IMG/VR virus record: IMGVR_UViG_3300031555_001469
DNA from: a virus
Lineage: Duplodnaviria > Caudoviricetes
DNA length: 64,000 nt
Strand: one strand, 5' to 3'
Part shown: in pieces, positions 39,746 through 50,478 of the stretch
Layout of the letters: each line of letters opens with the position of its first letter
Position numbering within the stretch: position 1 is the first letter of the stretch
The notes under the pieces: model-generated
The model's database searches: none
The model's input: the letters and a program-made list of their open reading frames with translations, nothing else
Told to the model about the DNA's origin: nothing
Made by a program: the position numbers and the translations under genes

Positions 39746-40195
39746 ATGGCACTATCTGCACCATCTTCACCTGCAAAAACATCTACCTTAGAAGAATTTA
39801 TAGCTCTTTCTTCTAAAACTATAATCAGTTATAGAAACTTATCGTTCGTTGAAAGAATTGACGACCAGCGAGAGTTCGCTATTTGGAATGTCATATCTGA
39901 CTATGAACGAGAGCTTAAAGCTCTTTCTACTGATGTTGAATTATCTGATGAAGAGTACCGTAGATATGCTTATAACCCTAAGGTATTAGCATATGATATA
40001 TACGGCTCTACAGAATTATTTTTTATCATCTTAGCTATCAATGGAATTTGTACAGCTAAAGAATTTAGTGATAAAAAAATTAAACTTATTAAGGCAACAG
40101 ATCTTGAGGAAGTTATCCAAATGATCTATAATGCTAATAAACAAGATATTGAAGTATATAATGAAAAACAGACTTCATCTGAGGACTATTGGTGA
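39746..40195 (+). CDS. baseplate wedge (T4 gp53/LysM-like) protein
   Basis: YNPKVLAYDIYGSTELFFIILAING pattern. Confidence 0.65.
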   Translation: MALSAPSSPAKTSTLEEFIALSSKTIISYRNLSFVERIDDQREFAIWNVISDYERELKALSTDVELSDEEYRRYAYNPKVLAYDIYGSTELFFIILAINGICTAKEFSDKKIKLIKATDLEEVIQMIYNANKQDIEVYNEKQTSSEDYW

Positions 40196-40221
40196 AAACC
40201 AGTAGTCCTCATAAATTTTGT

Positions 40222-41958
40222 TTAACAAGCTATCTTAATAGGTACAATAGCACGCTTTTCTAAGCTGCTTATTGAATTGCTAGCACTAATGCTACCAAAT
40301 AGATTTCCAGAAGTATCTGGAGCTGGCATTAGTGTAACGTTATCATAAGCCACAACTTCGTTAGCGTTTGGATAAGAAGATCTTCCAGATAATCTAGGAA
40401 CATTTTCTAATTCCATAGTAAGTTTATAAGCAGGTACCTGAGCATAAGCATCTTCTACCAGCTTAATATCATTACCTACTTGATATGGTTGATGTATACA
40501 ATGTATTGGGCTAAGGCTTCTAAATCTAGCCTTAAGTCTATTAATACCTAAATGCTTATGATTATTCTCATCGTACTCAACTGCGATTGCAAAAGCGCAG
40601 TCAATGTTTTCAAGCATAAGCATAGATTCACCAATATTCTGTCTACCAAACATTCTTACGATATCAGCACTATTGGTTTTACCTTTCTTGTCATCAACTT
40701 TACCAGCAGCATCTCTATTTAACTGAGATGCTGTTATTACAGGGACATCCATAATAGCAGCAAATGTTTTAAATTCGTTTACAATATTACCTAATTCAAT
40801 TCTTAAATCCCCGTAACTATTATTAGCCGCTTTGATACGTTTTACATAGTCCTGAATAAGACAGATTACTTCTTTACCCTGGTAAGACAACTCGTCTACC
40901 AAAGTGTATAAATATGAAGTATCTACACTATCACCAGGTACATATACAATTTCAATATCAATTGGGTTGAAGTCAGATAAACTAAGACTACCCTTAGTAC
41001 GAAGCATTTCATACACTTCTTCTTGAGTATAATTAGTCATGAGTTCATCTGTTACAGCCATACTAAACAATCTTTCTATAGTTTCTCTTACTGTATTTTC
41101 CATTGTTAAGAATAATACACAAGGCCTCTTAGTAGGATCTTTAGTTTTATATCCTTTATTGTATAACTTAATCTGGTAAGCTAAGTCTAACAATGTGGCA
41201 GACTTACCTTCACCCGGAAGACCAAAGAACATATAAGTTCTTCCCGCTTCAAAGCCACCAGCTGTCATCTCATTTAATCCAGCTAATCCACACATAAGTT
41301 TATTAGCAGGACACATCAATTCAGAATGAACTTGATATACAACGTCTTTCATTACAGCTTCATCAAGAGAGAATCTCATATCCCCTGATGATTTCATTTT
41401 AACACTTCTTATTTCATTCTGAGCTTCATTTATAACTCCTTCAAACTCTGTGACATATTGATTCATTTCTGAAATGTCACAAGCATCTATTTTATTAATA
41501 ATATCTAAAAGTTTATGTTTATACTTTATTACATGAGCAGCTGCTAACTTAGATCTTATAAGTTCGTTTAGCCACTCAACTTCATAATTATTTAAATCCC
41601 CAGCCTCTTTGATTCCATGTGTAGCAATAACACCCAATGAATTTTGAATGTGGAGATAAATCATTTGAGAATCAGTCAAATTCTTATCAAGTCTAGCTTC
41701 TAGACCACTCATGATAAACTTTATTCTATTAAGCTTCTCTGGCTCAATTCCATAAGGTTCAATATCTGTTCTATTCATCAACGCTCTAAGCGTTGTTACA
41801 TCCGTTCTCTTTATATTCCTATTTTCACTTAATACATAGGAACAAAAATAATTTAGCACTTCTAGACTAAATTTAAAATCTACTTTCTCACCAGCGTCGG
41901 ACCTTCCAGAACGAGGTGAATATTTTGCTCGTCTGTCTCTGTTTCTGTTAGCGTTCAT
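40222..41958 (-). CDS. dnaB: DnaB-like replicative helicase
   Basis: GLPGEGKS Walker A, TMEN, QDYV, ASQLNR. Confidence 0.88.
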   Translation of the reverse strand: MNANRNRDRRAKYSPRSGRSDAGEKVDFKFSLEVLNYFCSYVLSENRNIKRTDVTTLRALMNRTDIEPYGIEPEKLNRIKFIMSGLEARLDKNLTDSQMIYLHIQNSLGVIATHGIKEAGDLNNYEVEWLNELIRSKLAAAHVIKYKHKLLDIINKIDACDISEMNQYVTEFEGVINEAQNEIRSVKMKSSGDMRFSLDEAVMKDVVYQVHSELMCPANKLMCGLAGLNEMTAGGFEAGRTYMFFGLPGEGKSATLLDLAYQIKLYNKGYKTKDPTKRPCVLFLTMENTVRETIERLFSMAVTDELMTNYTQEEVYEMLRTKGSLSLSDFNPIDIEIVYVPGDSVDTSYLYTLVDELSYQGKEVICLIQDYVKRIKAANNSYGDLRIELGNIVNEFKTFAAIMDVPVITASQLNRDAAGKVDDKKGKTNSADIVRMFGRQNIGESMLMLENIDCAFAIAVEYDENNHKHLGINRLKARFRSLSPIHCIHQPYQVGNDIKLVEDAYAQVPAYKLTMELENVPRLSGRSSYPNANEVVAYDNVTLMPAPDTSGNLFGSISASNSISSLEKRAIVPIKIAC

Positions 41959-42109
41959 CTTTATAAGCCTCCCTTTGAGATTACTAAAGTGTTCCTAATA
42001 AAATTATTCCCAATTTTTAGAAGTCTTCCTAAAGTGTCCTGAATAGGCAAAATTAAGAGAGTAATTAGAAATAATTACCCTCTTATTCTTATTTGCATTA
42101 TAACTGGCA

Positions 42110-43258
42110 CTAATCCTCTTCTAATAATTTTAATAATTCGTCACACGTAATAAACTCAAATCCTTCATTTTTATTTACATACATTACAAACTTTTCATAA
42201 TCATTGTATGTATTGTCTAGAATAAAATCAAATTCTTGATATCTATCAGCAGTCTCTACATCAACAACTGTTTTTATTCCTTTTTCAAAGTTCTCGAATA
42301 TTTTCACATTAGAATTATTTCTAAAATAATTCTTTATAATATTAATTCGATCTTGTTCGTTAATAGTAAACTCTACCCTTAAGTTATCTATCCCAGATTC
42401 CTTCAATTGTGTAATATAAGCAATTGCTTCTCTAGGGTCAACTTTAAGCATATGATCTAAATTAACTGTATCGTATCTAAATGATTTGATTGGTTCAAAT
42501 TCCATTTTATGATACCCTGTATCTAAATCATGTAAAAGGATAATAAATCCTTTCTCTTCCTCCTCACCAAAACAATGTCTGATTGGAGTACCACAATAAT
42601 ACATATATCTTTCAAAACAGCCAGGGGTATGTACATGTCCTGCTATAACAGGTCCAGCACAATTCTTAAAACTGTTTATACTAAATACTGCATGAGAAGA
42701 TTCTAAATCTTCTTTTACTGCACCATGAATAGAACCTTTAAGAGTTCCATGCATAACTGCCATATCATATACACCACTTCTGTCAAGGAAATATTCATAG
42801 TACTCTTTTCCTTTACTATATTCTTCTGGTATACATAATACTCGCTTACCTTTAATAAATTCAAATTTCATCTGTTCTATGATTCTAACATCGTAATCTG
42901 GATTGTTTAGATATCTATAAAACAGTTTGAGCTGATGTGCATCATGGCTAGATGTACCATGCAAAATAATTAATGTAGCATCCTTAGATCTACATAACTC
43001 TGCAAGTAAATCTATAAACATATTTGCATACATAACTACATCACTAGATGCTAAGTTCTTGTGATCAAATATATCACCGTTGATATAAACGGCATGTAAA
43101 ATTCTTAAACTTTCTAGTTTAAGAATAAATTGTTCTCTTAAAATATTAAATTGTAATTTGGGGTCTAAAGCCCCGAAATGAATATCGGCAATATGAGCCT
43201 CCACTCTTATTCCTCTATTTGTATTTTTATTTATATAGATCTGTGAAATTGGTTTCAT
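42110..43258 (-). CDS. SbcD/Mre11-like metallophosphoesterase nuclease
   Basis: ADIHFG, NGDIFD, HGTSSHD, AGHVH. Confidence 0.88.
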   Translation of the reverse strand: MKPISQIYINKNTNRGIRVEAHIADIHFGALDPKLQFNILREQFILKLESLRILHAVYINGDIFDHKNLASSDVVMYANMFIDLLAELCRSKDATLIILHGTSSHDAHQLKLFYRYLNNPDYDVRIIEQMKFEFIKGKRVLCIPEEYSKGKEYYEYFLDRSGVYDMAVMHGTLKGSIHGAVKEDLESSHAVFSINSFKNCAGPVIAGHVHTPGCFERYMYYCGTPIRHCFGEEEEKGFIILLHDLDTGYHKMEFEPIKSFRYDTVNLDHMLKVDPREAIAYITQLKESGIDNLRVEFTINEQDRINIIKNYFRNNSNVKIFENFEKGIKTVVDVETADRYQEFDFILDNTYNDYEKFVMYVNKNEGFEFITCDELLKLLEED

Positions 43259-43329
43259 ATTCTAATCACTCCTTTAATAAAGAGTTCACGAAAAAATAAA
43301 AAGTAATTAGACAAAAAATGAAGAAGGGG

Positions 43330-43539
43330 TTAAAACCCTTCTTCACCTATTCTATTGGAGAATAATACTCCAACAAATCCTACCAGTAGGTATATACCCA
43401 TTATTACTGATATGGTATTATTTGCAGAGGTGATACTCTTCAATAATTCAAATAATATAACCCCTAAAGTGAATACGGCTATCCATCCTATAACTGTATT
43501 CATAACCTTATCAAATAAGTTACTTAACTTTGCTATCAT
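43330..43539 (-). CDS. small two-TM membrane protein
   Basis: two hydrophobic segments, RBS. Confidence 0.6.
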   Translation of the reverse strand: MIAKLSNLFDKVMNTVIGWIAVFTLGVILFELLKSITSANNTISVIMGIYLLVGFVGVLFSNRIGEEGF

Positions 43540-43576
43540 ACGTTTCCCTCCTGTTGTGAAAAATTAAAGAGGAGCA

Positions 43577-43858
43577 TTACTGCTCCTCTTTCTTGTTTAC
43601 CTGCTTATAGATAACATAGGATACATCTAACCAGATGAACCATGTTAATCCGGTCTTTAACCATGTTGGCGCCTGGAAAGCCCACCATGTGCACAGGAAA
43701 TTATCCCATGCAAACATGAAAAGCCCATAAGCAAAAATTACTGCAACTGCAATCTTTAAGTATAAACCTAACTTAAATCCTGCTTCTTTTTCTGTTGCTA
43801 CTGTTGTTTCCTGATTTTCAGTCTCGTTAATAGTTACGTTTTTTGTTGTCATTTCCAT
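43577..43858 (-). CDS. small membrane protein
   Basis: hydrophobic Trp-rich segments, RBS. Confidence 0.65.
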   Translation of the reverse strand: MEMTTKNVTINETENQETTVATEKEAGFKLGLYLKIAVAVIFAYGLFMFAWDNFLCTWWAFQAPTWLKTGLTWFIWLDVSYVIYKQVNKKEEQ

Positions 43859-43957
43859 AATAATATCCTCCTTAGATATTTGAATAGTTTTTGTTTTGAG
43901 TATAATCTATATACTCTATTTCACTATTATAATATCTAATTAAAAATACGGAGTTTA

Positions 43958-44485
43958 TCAATATCCACGGAACTTATTCTTCCAGTAATATTCTACTAAT
44001 TCAGATACTGCATCCATTGTAATTGTAATAATATTGAGGAAGGTATTCTCTTCATCTACATTATCAATTTCTGCGGCACCGTCTCTGAATTTGAATCTTA
44101 AAGCTGGAGATTTGCTATCTCTGAAATCATTACTCTTAATAATTTCAATCCAAGAATCGTCAATCCATAATTTATAAATTATACAAAGAGATCCTCTTCT
44201 TATGTGGAAGCAAGCATCTGGTCTAATACTAGACGACTTATCTTCTGCTGTGAATAATATACTATCCTGATTCTTTTCCGAATTAGGATAAGAATATACA
44301 TCAGCTAATACTTTGATGAAATGGAAAATTTCTAAAAGCATATTAAAGTTAGGAGAAGTTTTCTTCAATACTTTAATAAACTTTCTAAATTTCAACCACT
44401 CGAACAAATTAAACCCCTTATGCTTTCTAGCATATATTGGTTCTATGAAATAATTTACGTGATATTCTTCTTTTTTTGTCGGCAT
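43958..44485 (-). CDS. hypothetical protein
   Basis: ORF with RBS. Confidence 0.6.
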   Translation of the reverse strand: MPTKKEEYHVNYFIEPIYARKHKGFNLFEWLKFRKFIKVLKKTSPNFNMLLEIFHFIKVLADVYSYPNSEKNQDSILFTAEDKSSSIRPDACFHIRRGSLCIIYKLWIDDSWIEIIKSNDFRDSKSPALRFKFRDGAAEIDNVDEENTFLNIITITMDAVSELVEYYWKNKFRGY

Positions 44486-44943
44486 AATTTTACCTCCTGC
44501 TTAATAGTATTCATAATTGTTGTTACTTCGTTATGTATAATTTCCCTAATTTCTGTTTCAAGTGCTTTTGGTATTTCTGTCGGACTCGTATTCTGAATAG
44601 GGTAATTACCTTCTATTGTAATATACGCCTCTTTAGTCGTATATCTAAATTTTATTATATATTTGTACTTGACATAAATATCTAAACAGTGTATCCTTTC
44701 AAACTCATACCATCTAATATTACGATTATACATAGCAGAGTTAAGTCTAGAAAACTGTCCGATCAGCATAACTCTAAAATCTTTTAACAACTCTTCCAAT
44801 GGCTTATTACGAATAATATAATTAATCTCCATTGGTATAGTGACTGTATCAAAATTGTATGAAATCATACTAAGAAAGCTTGCGCCGTTCTTATTCTTCA
44901 TACTATTTCTATATTCTGAAATTAATGGCTGTAATGCTTTCAT
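44455..44943 (-). CDS. hypothetical protein
   Basis: ORF overlapping its neighbours (ATGA coupling). Confidence 0.55.
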   Translation of the reverse strand: MKALQPLISEYRNSMKNKNGASFLSMISYNFDTVTIPMEINYIIRNKPLEELLKDFRVMLIGQFSRLNSAMYNRNIRWYEFERIHCLDIYVKYKYIIKFRYTTKEAYITIEGNYPIQNTSPTEIPKALETEIREIIHNEVTTIMNTIKQEVKLCRQKKKNIT

Positions 44944-45647
44944 GATAAACCACCTTTCATATATTTATTAAAAGTCTTTTCTGTTTTATATAAATTATAA
45001 TATGAATACACCAAAGATAAGAATGTCGTAGTACAATGCTCAATAAACTCATAATGAGATGGAATTGAGAAGTCTAACACATATTCCTGAAATGATGCTT
45101 CGTATTTGTTAAGCTGGAGTATAATTGACCCATGTAATTGGATACCATACTCAGTCCATAAGATATATCTATATGCAGCTAACTGAAGACAATAATTCAT
45201 AGTGACATGATTAGAAGTCTTAAAGTCTACTAACCATAATTGACCATTGATTTCAACTAGCATATCATAAGTTCCACCGAACCAAGGACAAACTAATTCC
45301 TGTTCTGAGCCGACAACTTTAATCTCGTTGTGTTCATGAATCATATCCCACCATTTTTTAAATGCTAAGAATCCGAATTCTTCTGATAAACAAGTTTCAT
45401 CGGCTAAGTATTTCTCTATTGCCTCATGCACTATCGATCCGATAGTAGCAGCTTCTTCCAAAGTAAGTTTATAGCTTTTATGTTTAAACCCTAACGAATT
45501 AGCCCAATTCATAAGAGCATCGTTATGGATACATCTACTTAAAATTTCTGTTACTCTAGGTACCGGTTTTCCATTATAAAAGTACTTATCACATTTCTCT
45601 ATAACGATATCTGTCTCTTTCAAAATGGGAATCATAATATTTTCCAT
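44940..45647 (-). CDS. PD-(D/E)xK exonuclease
   Basis: PRVTEIL, GSIVHEAIE, GGTYD, LVDFKTS, QLAAY. Confidence 0.85.
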   Translation of the reverse strand: MENIMIPILKETDIVIEKCDKYFYNGKPVPRVTEILSRCIHNDALMNWANSLGFKHKSYKLTLEEAATIGSIVHEAIEKYLADETCLSEEFGFLAFKKWWDMIHEHNEIKVVGSEQELVCPWFGGTYDMLVEINGQLWLVDFKTSNHVTMNYCLQLAAYRYILWTEYGIQLHGSIILQLNKYEASFQEYVLDFSIPSHYEFIEHCTTTFLSLVYSYYNLYKTEKTFNKYMKGGLS

Positions 45648-45711
45648 ATTAATTATCCTCCTAATTTATATTTACCGGTGTAAGATTTTTATCCTACACC
45701 GGTATGTATTA

Positions 45712-46401
45712 TTACTTCTGAGCTTCTGTAGGCTGGAAGTATCTCTGTGTTACTTCATTTCTGATATTGATTGTGTTGATAAGGGAATAATATACCCAAA
45801 CCTTAAAGTTCTGCCAATCAATCTTCATCACTGTATTAGATGCTTTCTTGATCGCCTTAGGATTCTCGATATGCTTACCAATGAACCTCTTAACTCTATT
45901 AACCCAAGATCTCCAAGTTGTAAAGTGTACATTGAAAAGATCTACATATCCTTCTAATAACGAACATGCTTCTGCTTCATTTAAAATTGCTTCATCTGTT
46001 AAGATCTTAATAATTTCCATCATAACAGAAATTGTATAAGAAGATGCGGAAATATCCATAGCGAGAACTTCAATATTAGAAGGAATCATCTCACGAGGAA
46101 TATCACCCTTAACTTCTCCAGATAAAATCTTGTTAGCTGCAGTCTTAATTGTTTCTACAATAAACTGCTGCTGCTGTTTCATAATTTCTGCCTGCATTTC
46201 AGGGCTCATCATAGTAGGCTGTCCTGCATCCATAGGCATATTCTGAATTTCTTCTAAAACCTTTTCGGTCTCTGGTGTATTACTTTCCTTAATATCCCAA
46301 CGACCATCTACTTCTACTGCCTGGAGTTCTCCAGACTTACATTTTTCTCTTACTTCTTCAATAGTAAGATTGTGCTTCTCTGCATATTCTGCTGTTGTCA
46401 T
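45712..46401 (-). CDS. protein with an N-terminal excisionase-like HTH
   Basis: MTTAEYAEKH...VREKCKSGELQAVEVDGRWDI. Confidence 0.6.
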   Translation of the reverse strand: MTTAEYAEKHNLTIEEVREKCKSGELQAVEVDGRWDIKESNTPETEKVLEEIQNMPMDAGQPTMMSPEMQAEIMKQQQQFIVETIKTAANKILSGEVKGDIPREMIPSNIEVLAMDISASSYTISVMMEIIKILTDEAILNEAEACSLLEGYVDLFNVHFTTWRSWVNRVKRFIGKHIENPKAIKKASNTVMKIDWQNFKVWVYYSLINTINIRNEVTQRYFQPTEAQK

Positions 46402-46507
46402 TTTAAATTACCTCCTTAAACTCTAATTAAGTTTATTTCTATGTTTGGGGTACCGTAATTGCTTATTTCCGAAACATTAAAGTAATTATAAAAAGGAGGT
46501 AGGAAAT

Positions 46508-47443
46508 ATGAAGTCATATTCTTCCACGTATTTGTATACAAAGTTCCCGAACTTTGAAAAGACAATGATAGATTTCATTATGAAATCTGACGAGATCGAT
46601 AAGAAATCTGAAAAGTTTGAAGATATTAGATCTGATTTTAAGAGAAGACAGGTATCCAATAACTTAGTAAAAATTCTTGAATCTAATAGAGTTGTATTAT
46701 TATATAACTCTTCTGGTACTATTAGAGCCCTTAAGACTATTGTGTCTAAGGATCTTAGAAATGGTACAAATGATAGGGTTGTGTATGTAGACTGTACTAA
46801 CCTTATTAGTGTAAACAAAGAGACTGGTATGTATGTATGTAATAATATTAACGTATTGATCTCTTATATTGTAGATGCTATGGTAGCATTAGTTTATACC
46901 GAAAAAGAATCTGCTCTGATCAATAACCATGATATCAGAGAAACAGGTGCAACAGCATTTGCTAACTTATTTACTCATATCATCGATTATATCTGTAAGG
47001 TTTCTATTGCAGGTAATAATAAAGATAAGTGTAAATACATGGGTTCTAAATATTACTTAGTGAATATTTTAGGATTAGACCCTCAGTCTGATACTGTAAC
47101 TACAATTAGTAAGAAAATCTCTGGATTATCCGATAGAGAAATTGATGTAATTAAGGTTCTTGCTGATGATGACTGTTATGTAAATATCAAGACATTCATC
47201 AATTCTGTAGCTCAGGTTGTTAAATACCCTAAGCTTACAATTGATATCTTCTTAGAGAAGTGGTTGTTTAAGTATGGTGAGAGTACAATGTTTGCTCTTG
47301 AATACTTCCCAGCTTTCTCCAATATGCTTACAGATGCATACGTAGGCGCTTATGTAAACAACCAGAATACTATCGAGCAGATTGCTAATAGAGATATGGT
47401 TGAGTTTACTAAGAAAATACTTCAAATTGGAGGTAATTCGTAA
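46508..47443 (+). CDS. late (probably virion structural) protein
   Basis: AACA-N6-TAA promoter 46473-46485; strong RBS. Confidence 0.55.
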   Translation: MKSYSSTYLYTKFPNFEKTMIDFIMKSDEIDKKSEKFEDIRSDFKRRQVSNNLVKILESNRVVLLYNSSGTIRALKTIVSKDLRNGTNDRVVYVDCTNLISVNKETGMYVCNNINVLISYIVDAMVALVYTEKESALINNHDIRETGATAFANLFTHIIDYICKVSIAGNNKDKCKYMGSKYYLVNILGLDPQSDTVTTISKKISGLSDREIDVIKVLADDDCYVNIKTFINSVAQVVKYPKLTIDIFLEKWLFKYGESTMFALEYFPAFSNMLTDAYVGAYVNNQNTIEQIANRDMVEFTKKILQIGGNS

Positions 47444-49893
47444 TGAGTGAATCTAGGTTAGATAAAGTTATTAAAGACGTTGTATACTCTGCTCCTGGTA
47501 GACTTAGAGATATACAAAAGGGTTTAATACCTGCTATCTATACTGGTTCACTAGAAATAGTTGATAGATATACTTTAGACGAGGAACTTAAGAAAGATCC
47601 GAAGTCTACTATTATATCTACTCCTGCTATATTTAAAGACTATTATAAGAATAAGTACAAGCGTACTTTCTTTATGTCTTTACAAGAAGCAATTAGACTT
47701 AGATACACAGACCCATTCATGCTATTCATTGATGGGTCTCTTATCAAGTGGAGTTTAATCAACATTGTGCACGATCACAATAAAGACTATATTATAGTAA
47801 ATGGTAAATATGCAGGTGATATTAAGATCATCTTTTTTAATAATTCTGTAAATTATACAGAGACCGGTACTATAAATAGTTCCGATTCTGTATTATTTTC
47901 ATTTACAGACGATGGTCTTTTTACTTATGAAAATGGTACTATAATATTTTCTACCCAAAATTCAAATTTAAAGGTTGAGAATATTTACAAATTATCCGCA
48001 GGAACCTCTGTATCTAAATTACCAATAGATTACAAACATAGAGTATTCCCAGAAAACTTTTTTGCTTTCACTTCTGAGGGTAAACTTACTACAGCTGAGG
48101 TTACCACATTTCCTTTCGGTGTGTATAAGGTTACTACAGAAGAAGAGTTCTTAGATATCGTAGTTGTATATAGAGAAGATTTGGTTTATAAAACAGCTAA
48201 CTCTCTCTTACCAGTAAATACTGGATATATAATAGATATGATTGAAAGTTATAATAATGGAGATACTGTTAAGCCTTACTTAGAACAGCTTATACAGGAT
48301 ATCGAATTTAATCTCGAATCTGGTAAGGATTGGGATTATAATAAGTCTGATATAATTAAGAGAATTTTGGAATACAATCCTCTCTTAATTAAGGACGCAT
48401 TCCCTTCGAATGTAAGATACGAGATGTATACTGGTTTAGAAATGAAAGAAATTATAGGCGGTGAAACAGGAATGTTTTACGGTACTGTAAAAGTCTTTGG
48501 TTATAGTCGTATGTCTAAAGTTCTTATATTCATTAATGGTTTATGTGCAACCAATTATATTAAGCATTATTTAAACAAATTCGAATATCAGTTCATGAAT
48601 CTTCAGGATGATGATGTTATTGAAATCATGTACTTTGAGAATATAAATAATGCTGCTTATACAGTAAAAATTTCTAAAGATGAACCATATCTTCCAACAG
48701 ATGAGATCTCTTTAGATGAATTAGCAATCTTTACAACTGAGCTTGAGAATCCCGAATTCCCTGATATGGAACACTCTAGTTATACTGCATTCCCAATTAA
48801 CTTCTCGATAGAAGATAAAAAGGTTGTGTTACCAGAGTTTTATTATGGAAAGGATATCATTATTACAAGCAAGAATAGATTTGCTTATAAGTTTAAAAAT
48901 ATTGGTACAGATTGTGTATCGTTTGAATTGGGTTCTGAGTTTGCATACTGTTCCGAAATCAATAGATACATTGTTTTTATCAATGGTAAAAAATTAAATT
49001 CTGATGAGTATTTTATTACCTGCATGAAAGATTCAAGACCTTTTTCTAAGGTTATATTCTACTCCAGATATTTACTTACTCCAGGTGATAGAGTGGCAGT
49101 TTATTATCTTCCTGCTGTTCTTGATGGATTATTCAATTCTGAGATGGTATCTGAAACTGAGATTGAAGCAATCTTTGATTCGGCAACTATCTCTTATGAT
49201 ATACCTTATGAAAGCTTCTTGAATGATGGTAATTCTATTCAGTTCTTAACAACAGATGGTGAACAGGCTAACGTTACTATGAATAATGATGGTACTATCA
49301 CTCTCAATGATTGGACGGAAGAGACTACTATTATTATTAAAGAAACTTATCTGAATACACCGGGTGTATCGGAAAATGGTTATTATTATGCGAATAAGGA
49401 TAAACTTCCATATCCATTAAGCAGAGATTTATTCTTTGTATTTAATAATGGTAAGAAGATTCCTTATCATCACTTAAAAGATATTGGTACTAATGTCATG
49501 GCTATAACTGAGAATATGGAGATTGGTAATACATTCTTATCTGCTTATCATATTCCTATTCCAGAATTAGAAGATTTAATGACTAAGTACTCGTCTGTAT
49601 TAGATTCTGTTATTAGACTTTGTGACGAAGAAGAACTTAATAAGTTATTCAACATCTTCACTACTATTTCCTATGCAGAAGATATCACAGATCCTAACTA
49701 CGATCGTACCACCCTTATCAATGAAGTTATCAGAGATAACTGGATGGCTCCTGGTGTTAACTATGGTGTACCTGTTACTTATGATTACTACAGTGATATG
49801 TTTGGCTATGAAGATAGCGAAGGAAATATTATTTTCCCTACTATGGATGCGACACTGGAAAACAGTATCATCTTTACAGAAGACGAAGAATAA
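47443..49893 (+). CDS. virion structural protein (baseplate/tail-associated)
   Basis: repeated (L/V)F(I/N)(N/D)G beta modules typical of jumbo-phage structural proteins. Confidence 0.6.
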   Translation: MSESRLDKVIKDVVYSAPGRLRDIQKGLIPAIYTGSLEIVDRYTLDEELKKDPKSTIISTPAIFKDYYKNKYKRTFFMSLQEAIRLRYTDPFMLFIDGSLIKWSLINIVHDHNKDYIIVNGKYAGDIKIIFFNNSVNYTETGTINSSDSVLFSFTDDGLFTYENGTIIFSTQNSNLKVENIYKLSAGTSVSKLPIDYKHRVFPENFFAFTSEGKLTTAEVTTFPFGVYKVTTEEEFLDIVVVYREDLVYKTANSLLPVNTGYIIDMIESYNNGDTVKPYLEQLIQDIEFNLESGKDWDYNKSDIIKRILEYNPLLIKDAFPSNVRYEMYTGLEMKEIIGGETGMFYGTVKVFGYSRMSKVLIFINGLCATNYIKHYLNKFEYQFMNLQDDDVIEIMYFENINNAAYTVKISKDEPYLPTDEISLDELAIFTTELENPEFPDMEHSSYTAFPINFSIEDKKVVLPEFYYGKDIIITSKNRFAYKFKNIGTDCVSFELGSEFAYCSEINRYIVFINGKKLNSDEYFITCMKDSRPFSKVIFYSRYLLTPGDRVAVYYLPAVLDGLFNSEMVSETEIEAIFDSATISYDIPYESFLNDGNSIQFLTTDGEQANVTMNNDGTITLNDWTEETTIIIKETYLNTPGVSENGYYYANKDKLPYPLSRDLFFVFNNGKKIPYHHLKDIGTNVMAITENMEIGNTFLSAYHIPIPELEDLMTKYSSVLDSVIRLCDEEELNKLFNIFTTISYAEDITDPNYDRTTLINEVIRDNWMAPGVNYGVPVTYDYYSDMFGYEDSEGNIIFPTMDATLENSIIFTEDEE

Positions 49894-49946
49894 AACAAAA
49901 AATAAAAGCGGAGAACCAATCAAGGTTCTCCGCTTCTATATGTAAA

Positions 49947-50333
49947 TTATAATCCTCTACAGAGGCCGAATAATGTGTCGGCTGAAGCGACATCATCTTC
50001 TGGGTCATCATAATACCCTTCAACATAAAGAGCATCTCTTACTGTAGAACTAGGGTCATTTGCTAACAATCCAACAATATAACCTTGCTCTACTACAGCA
50101 GCTCTTACATTTGGATTAGAGTCTTTGGCTAAAATATCAAGTCCATAATTCTGTCTAGCCACAGCTTCCCTTACAGTAGGACTTTCATCATAAATTAATT
50201 CTTCTAACCCGTATCCTTCTCTTGCAATTAGTGCTCTTATTGTTACACTTTTGTCATGAATCAACTCATCAATACATTCACCGTTTAGCACCAAATCAAT
50301 TTTTTCATCAATAGATAACTTCTTTAAATCCAT
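49947..50333 (-). CDS. HEAT/LRV-like repeat protein
   Basis: repeats of LxxDxSxxVRxAVAxxGY. Confidence 0.75.
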   Translation of the reverse strand: MDLKKLSIDEKIDLVLNGECIDELIHDKSVTIRALIAREGYGLEELIYDESPTVREAVARQNYGLDILAKDSNPNVRAAVVEQGYIVGLLANDPSSTVRDALYVEGYYDDPEDDVASADTLFGLCRGL

Positions 50334-50478
50334 TATACTACCTCCTCATAAAATGTTTGTTAAAAGTACTGTTTGTAAGTTATGACATAGATTCCTCTAT
50401 ATCATAATTATAATATATAAATGTATTTAATTTTGTAAAAAATAAAAGTTAGGGGACCGAATTGGTCCCCGCTTTATT

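Noticed and set aside
281-41958. Group I introns or inteins in RNAP, ligase, RecA, gyrase or DnaB (common in related phages)
   Set aside because: ORFs are continuous, of expected length, and lack recognisable intein or homing-endonuclease motifs.
44940-45647. Cas4 / CRISPR adaptation gene
   Set aside because: PD-(D/E)xK motifs are present, but there is no four-cysteine Fe-S pattern or CRISPR context.
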